A stretch of 64,000 nt of DNA from Candidatus Binatia bacterium (GCA_963664015.2 CAXXLF010000001.1:160001-224000); one strand, 5' to 3'; shown: positions 20,846 through 31,298, numbered from the stretch's first letter. Numbers and translations are program-made. The notes: generated by a model not told the origin, from the letters alone.

Positions 20846-21943
20846 TTACCCTCCCCCTTGATCCACGGGTTCCAGGCGAAGGTTCACGCCGTTCTTTTCC
20901 AGCTCTTTGTAGTACTCATCCCTGATGGCAGGGTCTTCCTTGTCATAACGAATTTTGAAATGCAATCCGTGGGGGTCCTTTGATTGGGCGGTATAGGCAG
21001 GATCAAACTTTCTGCCCGTTCCATACCTCAACCCCATCCCCCTAAAGGCCAACATTCGATACTCGCCCTTTCCGCTGTTAAAATGCTGGTGGAATTCATT
21101 GTGTTTAGGTGCCACCACAGCATACGGATTCGCCGGAACTTTTGTCCGATTCTTTTCCTCTCCCGGCATGAATAAGAGTTCGTACCCCTGTCCGCCTATG
21201 ACTATGACATGGGCCCCGGCTCCGTGTCTGTGGGCCGTCACATAAGTTCCTTCTGAAGCGCCCATGACGTGCATGCCGAGAGAGGTACTGGCCATGGAAA
21301 AACGCATAATGGACGTTCGGTTACCCCTTTCAGGATAAGAATCCAGGGCAAAGTTTCTAATGTCAGGAATAAAATTCGTCTCCCACGTCCGCACATTCCA
21401 ATGGGTCCCCTCCTCAGAGAAAAAATTATTCATCCCTGCCGAGTACCTGTCCTTGAAGACATACGGACTATTGAAGACGAAGTCCAGATTATGAAAATGA
21501 TTGATAATGTGTGCCATGTTGGTCCCGAATAGGAACCGACACGGCTCGTCACTGGACGCGTTAAACTCCTGATGCCATGCATTGAGGGGGATGGCGAGAA
21601 GTGCCCCTTCCTCCCACTCGATGGTCTGCTTGGGTTCTCCCTCTTGCCAAATGTTCGTAGCCCCTCTCCCCTTCATCACATACATGATGGCATCGTACAT
21701 GTGATGTTCGGGCCGTAACTCGCCCTTAGGGGGAATTTCAACAATCTGCAGGCTGTTCGTTTCCTGATCGCCCAGCCGGGTGTAGGCCGCCTTGCCTCCT
21801 CTTCTCTCCCACTCGCCCAACTGCAACGTGGACAGATTTTCCAGGGCACTACCTTCGTACATGGGTACGCCCTCTTGCTTGATGAAGTCCTGGTATGAGC
21901 TTCTGACGTACCACTGATCGAATGGAATTTCGGGCTGAGCCAT
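20846..21943 (-). CDS. Bicupin protein (gentisate 1,2-dioxygenase-like fold)
   Basis: EHHMYD...IPLNAWHQE and AHRHGAG...FHQHFN cupin motifs. Confidence 0.8.
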   Translation of the reverse strand: MAQPEIPFDQWYVRSSYQDFIKQEGVPMYEGSALENLSTLQLGEWERRGGKAAYTRLGDQETNSLQIVEIPPKGELRPEHHMYDAIMYVMKGRGATNIWQEGEPKQTIEWEEGALLAIPLNAWHQEFNASSDEPCRFLFGTNMAHIINHFHNLDFVFNSPYVFKDRYSAGMNNFFSEEGTHWNVRTWETNFIPDIRNFALDSYPERGNRTSIMRFSMASTSLGMHVMGASEGTYVTAHRHGAGAHVIVIGGQGYELLFMPGEEKNRTKVPANPYAVVAPKHNEFHQHFNSGKGEYRMLAFRGMGLRYGTGRKFDPAYTAQSKDPHGLHFKIRYDKEDPAIRDEYYKELEKNGVNLRLEPVDQGGG

Positions 21944-22044
21944 AGGAATCGCTTTCGTTATCTCTACATATATTTACCGATTGACTCAATGCCAGATCAG
22001 CTGATTTTGGTACACTACCCTATAGGACAGGCTCCAACCCATTT

Positions 22045-22073
22045 AAACTATTGGAAATGGGTTTCTCTGTCAA
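22045..22073 (-). promoter_or_regulatory. Putative sigma70 promoter for the cupin-ABC operon
   Basis: Minus strand TTGACA-17 nt-TAGTTT. Confidence 0.5.
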
Positions 22074-22169
22074 CAGCAAATCAGCACATGTAATGAGGTC
22101 ACTATTTCCTTCTAAATACTCCAGAAATGCGCCATGAAGACTCCCAATCACACAGGAAAGCCTCGGCCC

Positions 22170-23093
22170 CTAGGACCAGTATGCAAATCCGAGCCCTGTC
22201 ACGGCATGGTGGGCGGGAATGTAATCGACAATCGTTGCTTTTCGGTCCCCCATAGCTCCAGCTACAACCAGCCAGTTGCGAATCTCGCCAGTACCGCCCC
22301 GCAGGGTATCCGAATCGAAAGAAAATAGTCCGAGGACTCGTTCCGGTTCGCCGGCGGCCAACGAGTCCAACAGGTAATGGTCCAACGGTCGGTCAATCCA
22401 ACCAGCCCGCGGGCCCATGGGGTCATGGGATAGTCCTCCCGACCCATAGATCGCCACCTTTTCCGGTCGACCTTCGAGCACTTCACGTATGGCACAACCC
22501 AAATCGAAGCAGCGCCTTGCCGAAGGAAGCGGAGGGAAATAACAGTTTAGGAACACTAAGAGCACGGGAATATCAAGATCCGGCATGAGCTTGGGCGCGG
22601 TCCGAGTAAACCCATGAGGGAGACCTCGGTCCGGCTTGCCCATGGCCTTAAGCTCCCGTACACAGGTCAGGTCAAAGCCCCGATCCATGAGGCCTTGCGC
22701 TACAAACTCCGCAAGCTCGGGATGCCCCTTCAACCGGACCCGTTGCACAGGCGCATCTTTGCCCAAAAAGTCAAACCCCATAGAACCCTCGGCTTCGGTT
22801 CCAAGGTGCATCGCCAAACTTGGCATACAGGTCTGCCTATCAAAGACCTCTCCCTGATCATCGGACACCATGATAAGAACCTCGGCGCCGTACCCACTAA
22901 CCTGCCTCTGGAGCTCGGTAAACGCATCCGTGATACGCCTACCGTAGCCCTCGAGGACTTCAGGGGTTTCCAGCAGTGCCTCAGGGGGTTGGGGGATATT
23001 TTCTGTTAACTGGCGGTAGCGGACGGGCCACTTCGCCGGCGGCAGAAACATGTTGGGGGCATGAGACGACGCGAGGCCGAGTCCTATGGGCAT
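22170..23093 (-). CDS. Class III extradiol dioxygenase beta-like (LigB/DesZ-like)
   Basis: ASSHAP, SDDQGEVF, PHGF, SGGLSH, GEIRNW motifs. Confidence 0.87.
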   Translation of the reverse strand: MPIGLGLASSHAPNMFLPPAKWPVRYRQLTENIPQPPEALLETPEVLEGYGRRITDAFTELQRQVSGYGAEVLIMVSDDQGEVFDRQTCMPSLAMHLGTEAEGSMGFDFLGKDAPVQRVRLKGHPELAEFVAQGLMDRGFDLTCVRELKAMGKPDRGLPHGFTRTAPKLMPDLDIPVLLVFLNCYFPPLPSARRCFDLGCAIREVLEGRPEKVAIYGSGGLSHDPMGPRAGWIDRPLDHYLLDSLAAGEPERVLGLFSFDSDTLRGGTGEIRNWLVVAGAMGDRKATIVDYIPAHHAVTGLGFAYWS

Positions 23094-23134
23094 TCGATGA
23101 ACTCACTCATCATGCTGGATTACTAGAGATCGAC

Positions 23135-23521
23135 TTACCGGGAAGCAATGACATCCATCTGGATAACCGTATTACCGGTCAGATGTTCCGCCTTGATCAC
23201 GTGACGGGCCGGTCGATCATTCTCGTTGGGAAACATATTCAACCACTCCACATTGACAAATTCCCGGAACTTCATATCCTGAAGATAGAAAATGATCTTA
23301 CCGATTCCGTCGGTGGTTCCACCGGCGGACTCAACAATCTCCTTCATATTCAGGAACGCCTGTTTCACCTGCTTTTGCGGATCCGGTGAAGTTGACCCAG
23401 ATTTGGAATTCATGCCGCCGATAACCGATGGCAGAATCAGGTCTCCGAGAGTCACGCAAACAGGGATCGGGTTCCTGTGTCCCGGATGATCTTTAACTTC
23501 AACTACCTTTCTCCTTGCCAT
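23135..23521 (-). CDS. RidA/YjgF family protein
   Basis: QVKQAFLNMKEIVESAGG, EWLNMFP..DRPARH motifs. Confidence 0.88.
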   Translation of the reverse strand: MARRKVVEVKDHPGHRNPIPVCVTLGDLILPSVIGGMNSKSGSTSPDPQKQVKQAFLNMKEIVESAGGTTDGIGKIIFYLQDMKFREFVNVEWLNMFPNENDRPARHVIKAEHLTGNTVIQMDVIASR

Positions 23522-23576
23522 AAGAACTCCTCAAAGTAACATTTTTCCCGTCATCCCCTTCATTTTCTACGCCGTG

Positions 23577-24437
23577 CTAGGCATTGAGAAAAAAGTTTAT
23601 GGCGATCTCGTTGAACTTGTCCGGTTGATCGTTCTGGACCTGGATGGCCGGACCCCTCCACGAGATGAAATTCGGTCAGGTTAGGCAAACGCCTTTTTGA
23701 TATTTTCCGCCAATTCAATAGGTGCAAAGCGGTCATTTTTACCCCATACCAATCCAAGGGGGAACGTCACCTTGGGCAAAACGCTGGCTGATATCGAAAT
23801 ACTGATGGAGATTGGGATCCGATTTGATCCGCCTGCTGTGACTTCGATAGGATTTCTGAGCCTCCACGGCACCCGGAAGATTCCCGTATTCAACTCTCCG
23901 CTTGACTAATTGATCGGTAATTCGTTCTTTATTGTTGATCAGCATACCGAGCCAGTCGCGCATGGTCTGTTCATTGACGACATCCCCCACGACTGATCTC
24001 ACTTTTGTACCCTCCTGGCTCACCTGGCCAACACCCAGGGCAGTAGCTACAGTCGCCGTTGCGACCATTAAAACTTTTTTAATGTTTTCTGGATTGTCCA
24101 TGGCATAGCGCAACGCAATGTAGGACCCCATGGAGTTGCCACCCATACGCACCTTTTCCAAACCGAGTGTGTCGATCAGGCCAGCTACGTGAGCTACCTT
24201 CGCCTGGTAGGAATACTCGATGGCTGGCTTGTCGGTCAGGCCGTAACCGATCAGATCGATAGCAAAGACGTGAAAATGTTTGGCCAATGCGGGGATGTTA
24301 TTGGACCAATTGTGCTCCCCACAAGCTCCCGGGCCTCCCCCATGAACCAAGACCACCGGTTCTCCATCCCCGGCTTCCACAAAGTGAGTTTTCATCCCGT
24401 TGTATTTTACGAACCACGACCGATAGGGTACCGACAT
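23577..24437 (-). CDS. Alpha/beta hydrolase (BphD/MhpC-like meta-cleavage product hydrolase) with three +1 frameshifts near the 3' end
   Basis: HGGGPG and GNSMG motifs. Correcting single extra bases at 23778-81, 23687-89 and 23642-43 restores LVWGKNDRFAP...GSGHQVQNDQPDKFNEIAINFFLNA*. Confidence 0.85.
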
Positions 24438-24507
24438 ATTAGGCTCCTCCTACAAAATAATTAAGTGTATGACCTCATAGCAATTCCCCGATACACCTGC
24501 AACCGAA

Positions 24508-26136
24508 TCAATCTTCATCGGGTTTTGCCAGCACAGGCCGGCGACTCAGTAAAAGCCGGGCGGCCTCGTCCTCTTTCCCCTGTTCGGTCAGGCGGACCAG
24601 GGAATCGTCCTCCTCACGCCAGAAGCCCAACGAGACACCGTGCCAGGGCTCTTTCGGTTTTAGGGGCGGCAATTTAAATTTTTCCCAGAGCTCACGTGCA
24701 TGTTCCATGTACTCTCTTTTAGGTAAAGAAATTGGAGCATTGGGCCACTTTCTGGTCGCATCCATTAACATAATGGAGGCTCCCTGAGGACCCGTCATGG
24801 ATGCCGGATACCCGCGGCCTGAAGCCGGCATATCCCGAGGAGCTACCGATTCGTCTAGACCTGCACTTCTCCCTTGCATAACCTTCATATCCCGATGAGG
24901 CTGATAACGGTTACAGACAGCCCAAAATACCGATTCCAGGTCCCACGGATCGATATCCTCATCTACCGCAATCACGATTTTTGGCCAGCTCGAATCCACT
25001 GACATGACCGTGTATAGGGCTTGCCAAACCTCAGCATTGCGCACTGGTTCCATATCGATGTTACGAAAACGAATGACACAGAGGTGTCGAGCACTTCCAC
25101 AATGATGAAACGCTACGTCTTTGATATGGGGGATTCCATGAGCCTTTAACAAGCCCAGCACCCGGCCTTCACAGTTCACGCTCCGCATGAGGCTCGATTC
25201 ACTGGGCGGGAATTGGCAAATCACGTCGTGCCAAATAGGATCCTTTCTATGGGTGATGCACTTAACGTGGAAGGCGTGGACAATTCCCCCGGGCATCACA
25301 TGGCCTCGGTTTTCCCCACTGGGACCATCGAAGTCCATCAGGTCGGTAGGGATCTCCCCCTCGATCACGATTTCCGCCGTAGCCGGAACTTCCAGGTTAA
25401 CCGTCTCACAGGGAACGACATCAATGGGTTGGCCGATCAGACCACCGGCGACATCGAGTTCGTACGTTCCATGAGGAACATCCATAGCTGTAGCCAGGGT
25501 CACCACGGGGACCGCTCCAATGACCAGCGCCACCTCCAGCGGTTTCCCCATCCGGCGACACTTGTTCCAATGAAGCCGTAGATGACGTGAAGTACGAATA
25601 TTGGCTCGCTGGGGACCCAGGACCAGGCTATTGTACATACCTGCGTTCAATGCGCCTGTTTCCGGATCTCGGGTGATAAATCCTCCGGCTGTGATACGGG
25701 GGAACGCCTCCCAACCGTTGGTTGCAATCGGAACCGGGAACTCCCTGATACCGTCATGTTCTAAAAGGTCCTCCCCCTTGTGAATCTCCTCCTTGACCGG
25801 ACCCGTCGTTACCGTCCGTGTGGGGACCGGATGATTGATGGCTTGGGCCCACCGATCGTGAACCTCGTTCAAAGGACAACCCATAGCCAGTGCGTAAATC
25901 TCTCGATTGGGAGTAATCACGGAAGATGCGACCTTACCCCTGTAACGCCTTCCTTTTTGGTCAGTCACCTGGTCGAACAGGAAACCGAACCGTTCGGTTT
26001 CATCCAAGCCACGGTACTGCCATCGAACCAGCGGATGTAGCTCCCGGTCCTTGTCTACGGGATCTGATATGGACCGTAGCTTGCCTATTCCCTCAAGCTT
26101 TTTAAGGTATTCTCGAAAATCCCGGTAATAACTCAT
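24508..26136 (-). CDS. Divergent UbiD family protein
   Basis: YYRDFREYL, VPCETVNLEVPATAEIVIEG, VDEDIDPWD. Catalytic motifs are altered (NAGMYN, DGPSGE). Confidence 0.88.
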   Translation of the reverse strand: MSYYRDFREYLKKLEGIGKLRSISDPVDKDRELHPLVRWQYRGLDETERFGFLFDQVTDQKGRRYRGKVASSVITPNREIYALAMGCPLNEVHDRWAQAINHPVPTRTVTTGPVKEEIHKGEDLLEHDGIREFPVPIATNGWEAFPRITAGGFITRDPETGALNAGMYNSLVLGPQRANIRTSRHLRLHWNKCRRMGKPLEVALVIGAVPVVTLATAMDVPHGTYELDVAGGLIGQPIDVVPCETVNLEVPATAEIVIEGEIPTDLMDFDGPSGENRGHVMPGGIVHAFHVKCITHRKDPIWHDVICQFPPSESSLMRSVNCEGRVLGLLKAHGIPHIKDVAFHHCGSARHLCVIRFRNIDMEPVRNAEVWQALYTVMSVDSSWPKIVIAVDEDIDPWDLESVFWAVCNRYQPHRDMKVMQGRSAGLDESVAPRDMPASGRGYPASMTGPQGASIMLMDATRKWPNAPISLPKREYMEHARELWEKFKLPPLKPKEPWHGVSLGFWREEDDSLVRLTEQGKEDEAARLLLSRRPVLAKPDED

Positions 26137-26462
26137 TTTACTCCTCCCAGCGGTGTGCCCCGGTCTCAATTCAAGTTACGAGATAGGTCCTGCCACCCTA
26201 CTCGTCTCAGAAACACGCCGTAGCACTCAACCGCTGCCGCCTTCAGGATGTCGCATTAATCGCCGCGAATTGTCAAGTCGGCGTAGGGCCCTACCCTCTC
26301 CAATTTGTAGTCCTTTACCAAGGAGTTCTTTGGTCAATACCGATTGTGCCTATCCGACCCATTCTTCAATGCTCGCCTGCCTCTTGAAGGGAAACCTATT
26401 GACTAAAATCCAGGACGGTGATAGAAGACCGACGTTACTTCACGCAAATGGAGGAGATCCCC

Positions 26463-26846
26463 ATGAGTATTGAATTCGCCGATTTAAATGACCTGGCCCA
26501 AAACGAGAAACGTCGCAAGGTACTGATTAATACTTCACGTTTACATGCCTGGTTCCACTACTACCCCAATCCCGGTGATAAGGACGACATGCACTGCCAC
26601 AATCAGGATCAGACCTTCTATGTAATTGACGGGGAGTGCACGATGCATTTTCCCGACGGCAGTAAAAAGGCCCTTAACCCCAACATGACAGCCATGATTA
26701 CCGGAGGGTCCTTTTACCAGCTCGAAAACACGGGGACCGGGCCCATGGTAATGATGGGGAATCGATCGGGCAGCGTTGAAGACACGCAGACCATCGACTA
26801 CCAGACCCGGAAGCCTATTGAACCGAGGGTTCGTTCTCGAGGATAA
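26463..26846 (+). CDS. Monocupin protein
   Basis: MHCHNQDQTFYVIDGE motif and GGAGGAG RBS. Confidence 0.82.
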   Translation: MSIEFADLNDLAQNEKRRKVLINTSRLHAWFHYYPNPGDKDDMHCHNQDQTFYVIDGECTMHFPDGSKKALNPNMTAMITGGSFYQLENTGTGPMVMMGNRSGSVEDTQTIDYQTRKPIEPRVRSRG

Positions 26847-27152
26847 GCGGCTCCCCCATAACTAACCCAACTGTCAACGACCGGTCTTCAGCATCGGGAT
26901 TCCATCCGGAGGCACGGGATATACCGAAAGGAACCTACCTGCCCCCCTCCATACTCTCCCATCATGGGCTGTGGGGATGCGATTTGCATCTTTCCTTTTT
27001 CCAGCATCGCAGTAGACCATGGGCGTAGCCCATTGTGGAATGCGACGGTCGCACCCTCGGAGGCTCAACGAGCGAAGGAGGTTGCTTCGACGGATTCCGC
27101 CGAAGAAATGATGGATATCACGGGCGTGTGCCCGTGGAGGCTTCATTCACTT

Positions 27153-28475
27153 TTAATCTCCCTGCCGCTCCGAATTTGGTACGTTCAAGCCGCGAAGATT
27201 TCGGAACGTCAAGAAGACAAAACCAATCATAATCGAGGCTCCTAAAATGACTGCCGAAGGAGCACCTGCCACACGACCCAGGATCCCTGAAAGATAGGTA
27301 CGCGTTAAGTTCGCTACCGTTCCCATCTGCATCTGTCCCAAGGGAAAGACGACCCCATAGTTCATTCCCCATATAGCCATCATCCTGCCCCGGAATTTGT
27401 CCGGCACCTGCATTTGGACAGTACTCTGCGAACAAACCATGAACAGGGCATGACAAAAACCCGCTAGGAACTGCAAGACCATAGAGATGGATATGGTACT
27501 CGAAAGCGCAAAAAGTACGACACACAATGCTTGTACGGCCGCAGTACCCATAATCAATGCCCCTCGCCCACGGAAACTTCCCAGATGAGCCGCGATCAAA
27601 GCTCCCAGCAGGCTCCCTATACCTCCCGCGGCATGAAGCGACCCGAGCAGGGAGGCCTCCCCATGAAGGATTTCACTGACAAACACGGGCATCAGTGTCA
27701 CATGGGTCACAACAAAAAACACAGTCATGAAATTTAATAACGTTAGGAATTTGAACACTTTATGTTCCCAAACGAATCGGACTCCTTCGGCCACCTCACG
27801 GAGAATGTTACGCCCTCCTGAACGTTCAAAGGCCGGGACACGCAATAGCGACAGGAACCAACCGAATAAAATAAACCCCAGCGCTGCGATAAAGAACGCC
27901 GCCCCCACGCCCACCCCCGGCGACTGGGCAGCAGATCCAACCCGATCTATGATGAATCCCGCTAGCGCTGGGCCGACAATCCGCGTCGCTGGCCAGATGG
28001 TAGAACTGAGGGACACAGCCCGCATCATTTCACTACGGTCCACCAGATGCGGGAAAAGCGCCTGGCGCCCGGGCTGATCAAATGCCTGAATCACGCCGAA
28101 TACAAAAGCGGCGGCAAAAATATGCCACACTTGGACGAGCCCTGTAACGGAAAGTACGGCGAGCACCAACAAGATGAAAGCGGCCACCGATTCGAGCAAC
28201 ATGAGAAGCCGTCGCAATTCCGACTTGTCGGCTATGGCGCCACCCAATAAGGTCAACGACATCGATGGCACGGCCATACATAGGCCCAAGGCACCCAGAA
28301 GAAGTTCGGTCCCTGTCAACTTCCAGATGAGCCACCCTTGGGCCAAAATAACCATCTGCACTCCTGCAACGGCAGCCAGATGACCGAACCAATAAAGGCG
28401 GAAATCCCGATAACGAAGGACTTCAAAGGCTGGAAGTTTTTTTGCCAGCCATGGTAGAATTCTTGATTGTGACAT
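27153..28475 (-). CDS. MFS transporter (EntS/MFS_3-like)
   Basis: LRYRDFRLYW, GGAIADK, AFDQPGRQA, PDKFRGRMM. About 12 TM helices. Confidence 0.9.
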   Translation of the reverse strand: MSQSRILPWLAKKLPAFEVLRYRDFRLYWFGHLAAVAGVQMVILAQGWLIWKLTGTELLLGALGLCMAVPSMSLTLLGGAIADKSELRRLLMLLESVAAFILLVLAVLSVTGLVQVWHIFAAAFVFGVIQAFDQPGRQALFPHLVDRSEMMRAVSLSSTIWPATRIVGPALAGFIIDRVGSAAQSPGVGVGAAFFIAALGFILFGWFLSLLRVPAFERSGGRNILREVAEGVRFVWEHKVFKFLTLLNFMTVFFVVTHVTLMPVFVSEILHGEASLLGSLHAAGGIGSLLGALIAAHLGSFRGRGALIMGTAAVQALCVVLFALSSTISISMVLQFLAGFCHALFMVCSQSTVQMQVPDKFRGRMMAIWGMNYGVVFPLGQMQMGTVANLTRTYLSGILGRVAGAPSAVILGASIMIGFVFLTFRNLRGLNVPNSERQGD

Positions 28476-28656
28476 TGGAAGGAGTTTCAGGGCAAGGAGC
28501 TTCAAATATCCATTAACACAGGGATAAAATGAATGATAGATCGTGTCAGCTAGTTGCTTTCTCCTAGGATTGTTGATTAAAATAAGATTTGGTCGGTATC
28601 CAAATACTGGTTATTGCAGCCTCGGCGGTTGCGTTACCAGACCTATCAGTTGACGT

Positions 28657-28732
28657 GGGGCCGTAGCTCAGCTGGGAGAGCGCTAGAATCGCACTCTAGA
28701 GGTCGTGGGTTCGATCCCCATCGGCTCCACCA
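28657..28732 (+). tRNA. tRNA-Ala(CGC)
   Basis: 76-nt cloverleaf, acceptor GGGGCCG/CGGCTCC with G3:U70, anticodon arm CTAGA-ATCGCAC-TCTAG, GTTCGA T-loop, encoded CCA. Confidence 0.97.
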
Positions 28733-28790
28733 AATTTTTCAATAACCGAGCAGACGGAAGGTAGGTTTTCATAGCGGTACTTCCCTTGAT

Positions 28791-28812
28791 TGTCCGAGTT
28801 CTGTCCGAGTTC
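28791..28812 (+). repeat. Putative integrase arm-type sites near attL (TGTCCGAGTTC x2)
   Basis: Perfect 11-bp tandem repeat. The same core recurs in pairs near attR. Confidence 0.7.
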
Positions 28813-28818
28813 TTCTGT

Positions 28819-29361
28819 TTAACCTACTTTTTGCTCTTCAGTCATACTGACAACCGTAAGCTCTGTAGATTGGTTGTCTATGTGGCTCTGGAGGCTTTCA
28901 GATGCCCGTTTCAGATCCGACTCATTCACGATGTTATAGCAGTCAAAGATGCCCCTTGTCTTGTGACCGCTAAGACTCATTGCAACACGCTCGGGGATTC
29001 CACCACGGACCATGTTACGGATCGCTGTCCTTCTCAGGTCATGCACGATGATACCGTTAAGCCCTGCTGCTTCATAGGCCGTCGCCCATGCCTTGCGAAA
29101 ACTCCCTATACCCTTCCCGTTGTGATAGAACACGGAAGGAACACCTAAGGTCCTCTCCCTTTGGGCTCTTACGATCACTTCCAAACTCTCACCGCTAAGG
29201 GGCAATAGCCTACCGTCTTTGTTCTTGGAAATCTCCGACCTGAGCCTTATCACTCTGCCGTTTAGATCCACGTCGCGCCACTCCAGGGCTCTAATCTTAC
29301 TGACTCGCCACCCACTGTAATAAAGAAACGTTACGGGGTCTTTTAAGTGGGAAGGAAAAGG
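28819..29361 (-). pseudogene. Tyrosine integrase, 5'-truncated (catalytic domain only)
   Basis: Open frame reads LYYSGWRVSKIRALEWRDVDL...SKNKDGR...HDLRRT...SGHKT..IFDCYNIV. In-frame TAG at 29362-29364 and no N-terminal domains. Confidence 0.88.
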
Positions 29362-29542
29362 CTATCAATCTTGATCTTCATTCTCACAGGTCCTTGGGAA
29401 TCTTAAAATGTGGACGGGCCCCTCAAAGATTGAGAACATAAGGAATCGCCCCACCGTTCGAGAGTTACTTCGAGCGGCCATGAGGCGATCCCCCAGGAAT
29501 CGACCAGTTGGTTCACTGGCCATCTATGCATAATGCTTAAGT

Positions 29543-30616
29543 TTACTTTCCTTTCTTCCCGCGTCGAACTCCAAGGGTCGTGTTCCACCATTTAGTGGCC
29601 TTCCCAGCGTTGGCTCTGGTCTGCAACTCAATTGGAAGAATCTCAAATTCGAGCCCGATTTCTTTCAATTTCCGACCTGCGACCGTTTTTCCTCGTACCC
29701 TTGGATCCAACGGAGGGGATGCATGGGCATTGGAATAATCGACTACGCCTTGCTCTGACAAAAAATACTCGATGAGCAGTTTAGACGCATTGGGATGGGC
29801 AATCAGGCGAGGCTGGGCGATGCATCGAGTGGAGCCAACCGTCTTTCCCACCCGGACAAAGTCTATGGGGGCCCCCTTCTCTTGGTACTGTATCCCCGAT
29901 CCAAAGAAATTTAGTAGCAGGATGCCATAGGACCCTCCGACCAGGAGCTCATTGGGACCCTTAAAACCACGGCCCACACGAGGCTTACTGTTTCGAATCA
30001 CCTCACCCCAATAGTCAAATGATGCTTCCCAATTCAGCAGCTTGTCCTTCGTCCTCCACAGATAAGCAGACATGAGTGGAAAAGAGGCACCCGAAGAGGA
30101 AATTAAGGCCTGGCCAGGCTTCCACGTCGGCTTTCTCATGTCATCCCAGGATTTCGGCGCCTTGTCCCGCGGCAAAACCTCCGGGTTATAGGTTGGCAGA
30201 AAGAGCACCGCTATGTAGTTCCGCCAATAGTCATGTTTGGGTTGGGAAGGCCAACGATTGACATGCTCGGGCCAATCATACGGAGCCAAGGCATTGGCGG
30301 CCTTCAAGCGAGGGAGCTGTCTTAGACTCGTGATGACGACATCGGCTGATCGTCTGTTGACCTTCGACTCTTCAATTAGCTTGTTTGCCAAAGGTGTGCT
30401 AAAGGAATTCCAAACTTTTACCTTGATCTCAGGGTATTTCTGACGGAAACCCCTTAGGACCGTTTTCTCGTTGCGCAATGCGGTGATCCAAAGGACCACC
30501 TCTCCTTCTTTTTTTGCCTTTTCAATGGTTGCCTGATCGGCGCCCTGGACCATAACAGGCGTCAGGAACAGGCTCAGCGCCGCTCCAATCAAAAATGTGC
30601 TAACTCTTCTTTCCAT
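29543..30616 (-). CDS. Extracellular solute-binding protein (orphan, inside island)
   Basis: Signal peptide, KAKKEGEVVLW, APKSWDD, AHPNASKL. Confidence 0.85.
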   Translation of the reverse strand: MERRVSTFLIGAALSLFLTPVMVQGADQATIEKAKKEGEVVLWITALRNEKTVLRGFRQKYPEIKVKVWNSFSTPLANKLIEESKVNRRSADVVITSLRQLPRLKAANALAPYDWPEHVNRWPSQPKHDYWRNYIAVLFLPTYNPEVLPRDKAPKSWDDMRKPTWKPGQALISSSGASFPLMSAYLWRTKDKLLNWEASFDYWGEVIRNSKPRVGRGFKGPNELLVGGSYGILLLNFFGSGIQYQEKGAPIDFVRVGKTVGSTRCIAQPRLIAHPNASKLLIEYFLSEQGVVDYSNAHASPPLDPRVRGKTVAGRKLKEIGLEFEILPIELQTRANAGKATKWWNTTLGVRRGKKGK

Positions 30617-30802
30617 ATTGATCCCCTTTCGTTTTATACGTTTTTAAAGCATCTAATCCAATAACAAACCAAAACTCATTAGATATGCCAGCATAACTAG
30701 TGCAAACACCTGGCAATCTCATCCACATAGGCACGCCGTTTAAATGAACATCGGCGTCAACAATAGCAATACATTTCCTCCTATATCCCCAATCGATTTC
30801 CT

Positions 30803-31020
30803 TTGCAATACATAAAAGTGACCCTGAAACTTGATGATTATTCATCCCGTACTTACGATTTCGTTGAAAGCGGACTGGACGTAGCAGTACGCGCTATTGC
30901 TGTTCGCGATTCAGCAATGATTGCTCGCAAGGTCGGAACCATTAGGTGGATCCTTTGCGTGGCCCCAGGCTATCTGTTCAAGTGTGGTACACCGACAACT
31001 CCAAATGAGCTATCGAAGAA
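30803..31020 (+). pseudogene. Fragment of a CrgA-type LysR substrate-binding domain
   Basis: DFVESGLDVAVR...DSAMIARKVG...CVAPGYL...GTPTTPNEL. No HTH and no C-terminus. Confidence 0.7.
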
Positions 31021-31298
31021 CCTAAAAGGCTACTCACAAGGCCCCAAATGCCCCCTGCTAAGCCGCTGACACCTATGAGGATCAGGCCGTCAACGACATA
31101 GGGGGAAACCTTTCGGGTTGTTTTCTTAAAGTCCCATATCAAAAGGCCACATATTACTACGAACAAAAGAACGGACAATGTGGCCCCTACGCTATTTTCT
31201 AATAGAGCGTGTGGCAATATGGGGGCGATAAGAATCCAGATGCCAGCTAGCCCCTTAAAGAAACGGATTAAACCTTTTCCTAGCGCCAGGGTTCTCAT
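30978..31298 (-). CDS. Small membrane hypothetical protein
   Basis: Three TM-like stretches and a GGAG RBS. Confidence 0.5.
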   Translation of the reverse strand: MRTLALGKGLIRFFKGLAGIWILIAPILPHALLENSVGATLSVLLFVVICGLLIWDFKKTTRKVSPYVVDGLILIGVSGLAGGIWGLVSSLLGSSIAHLELSVYHT

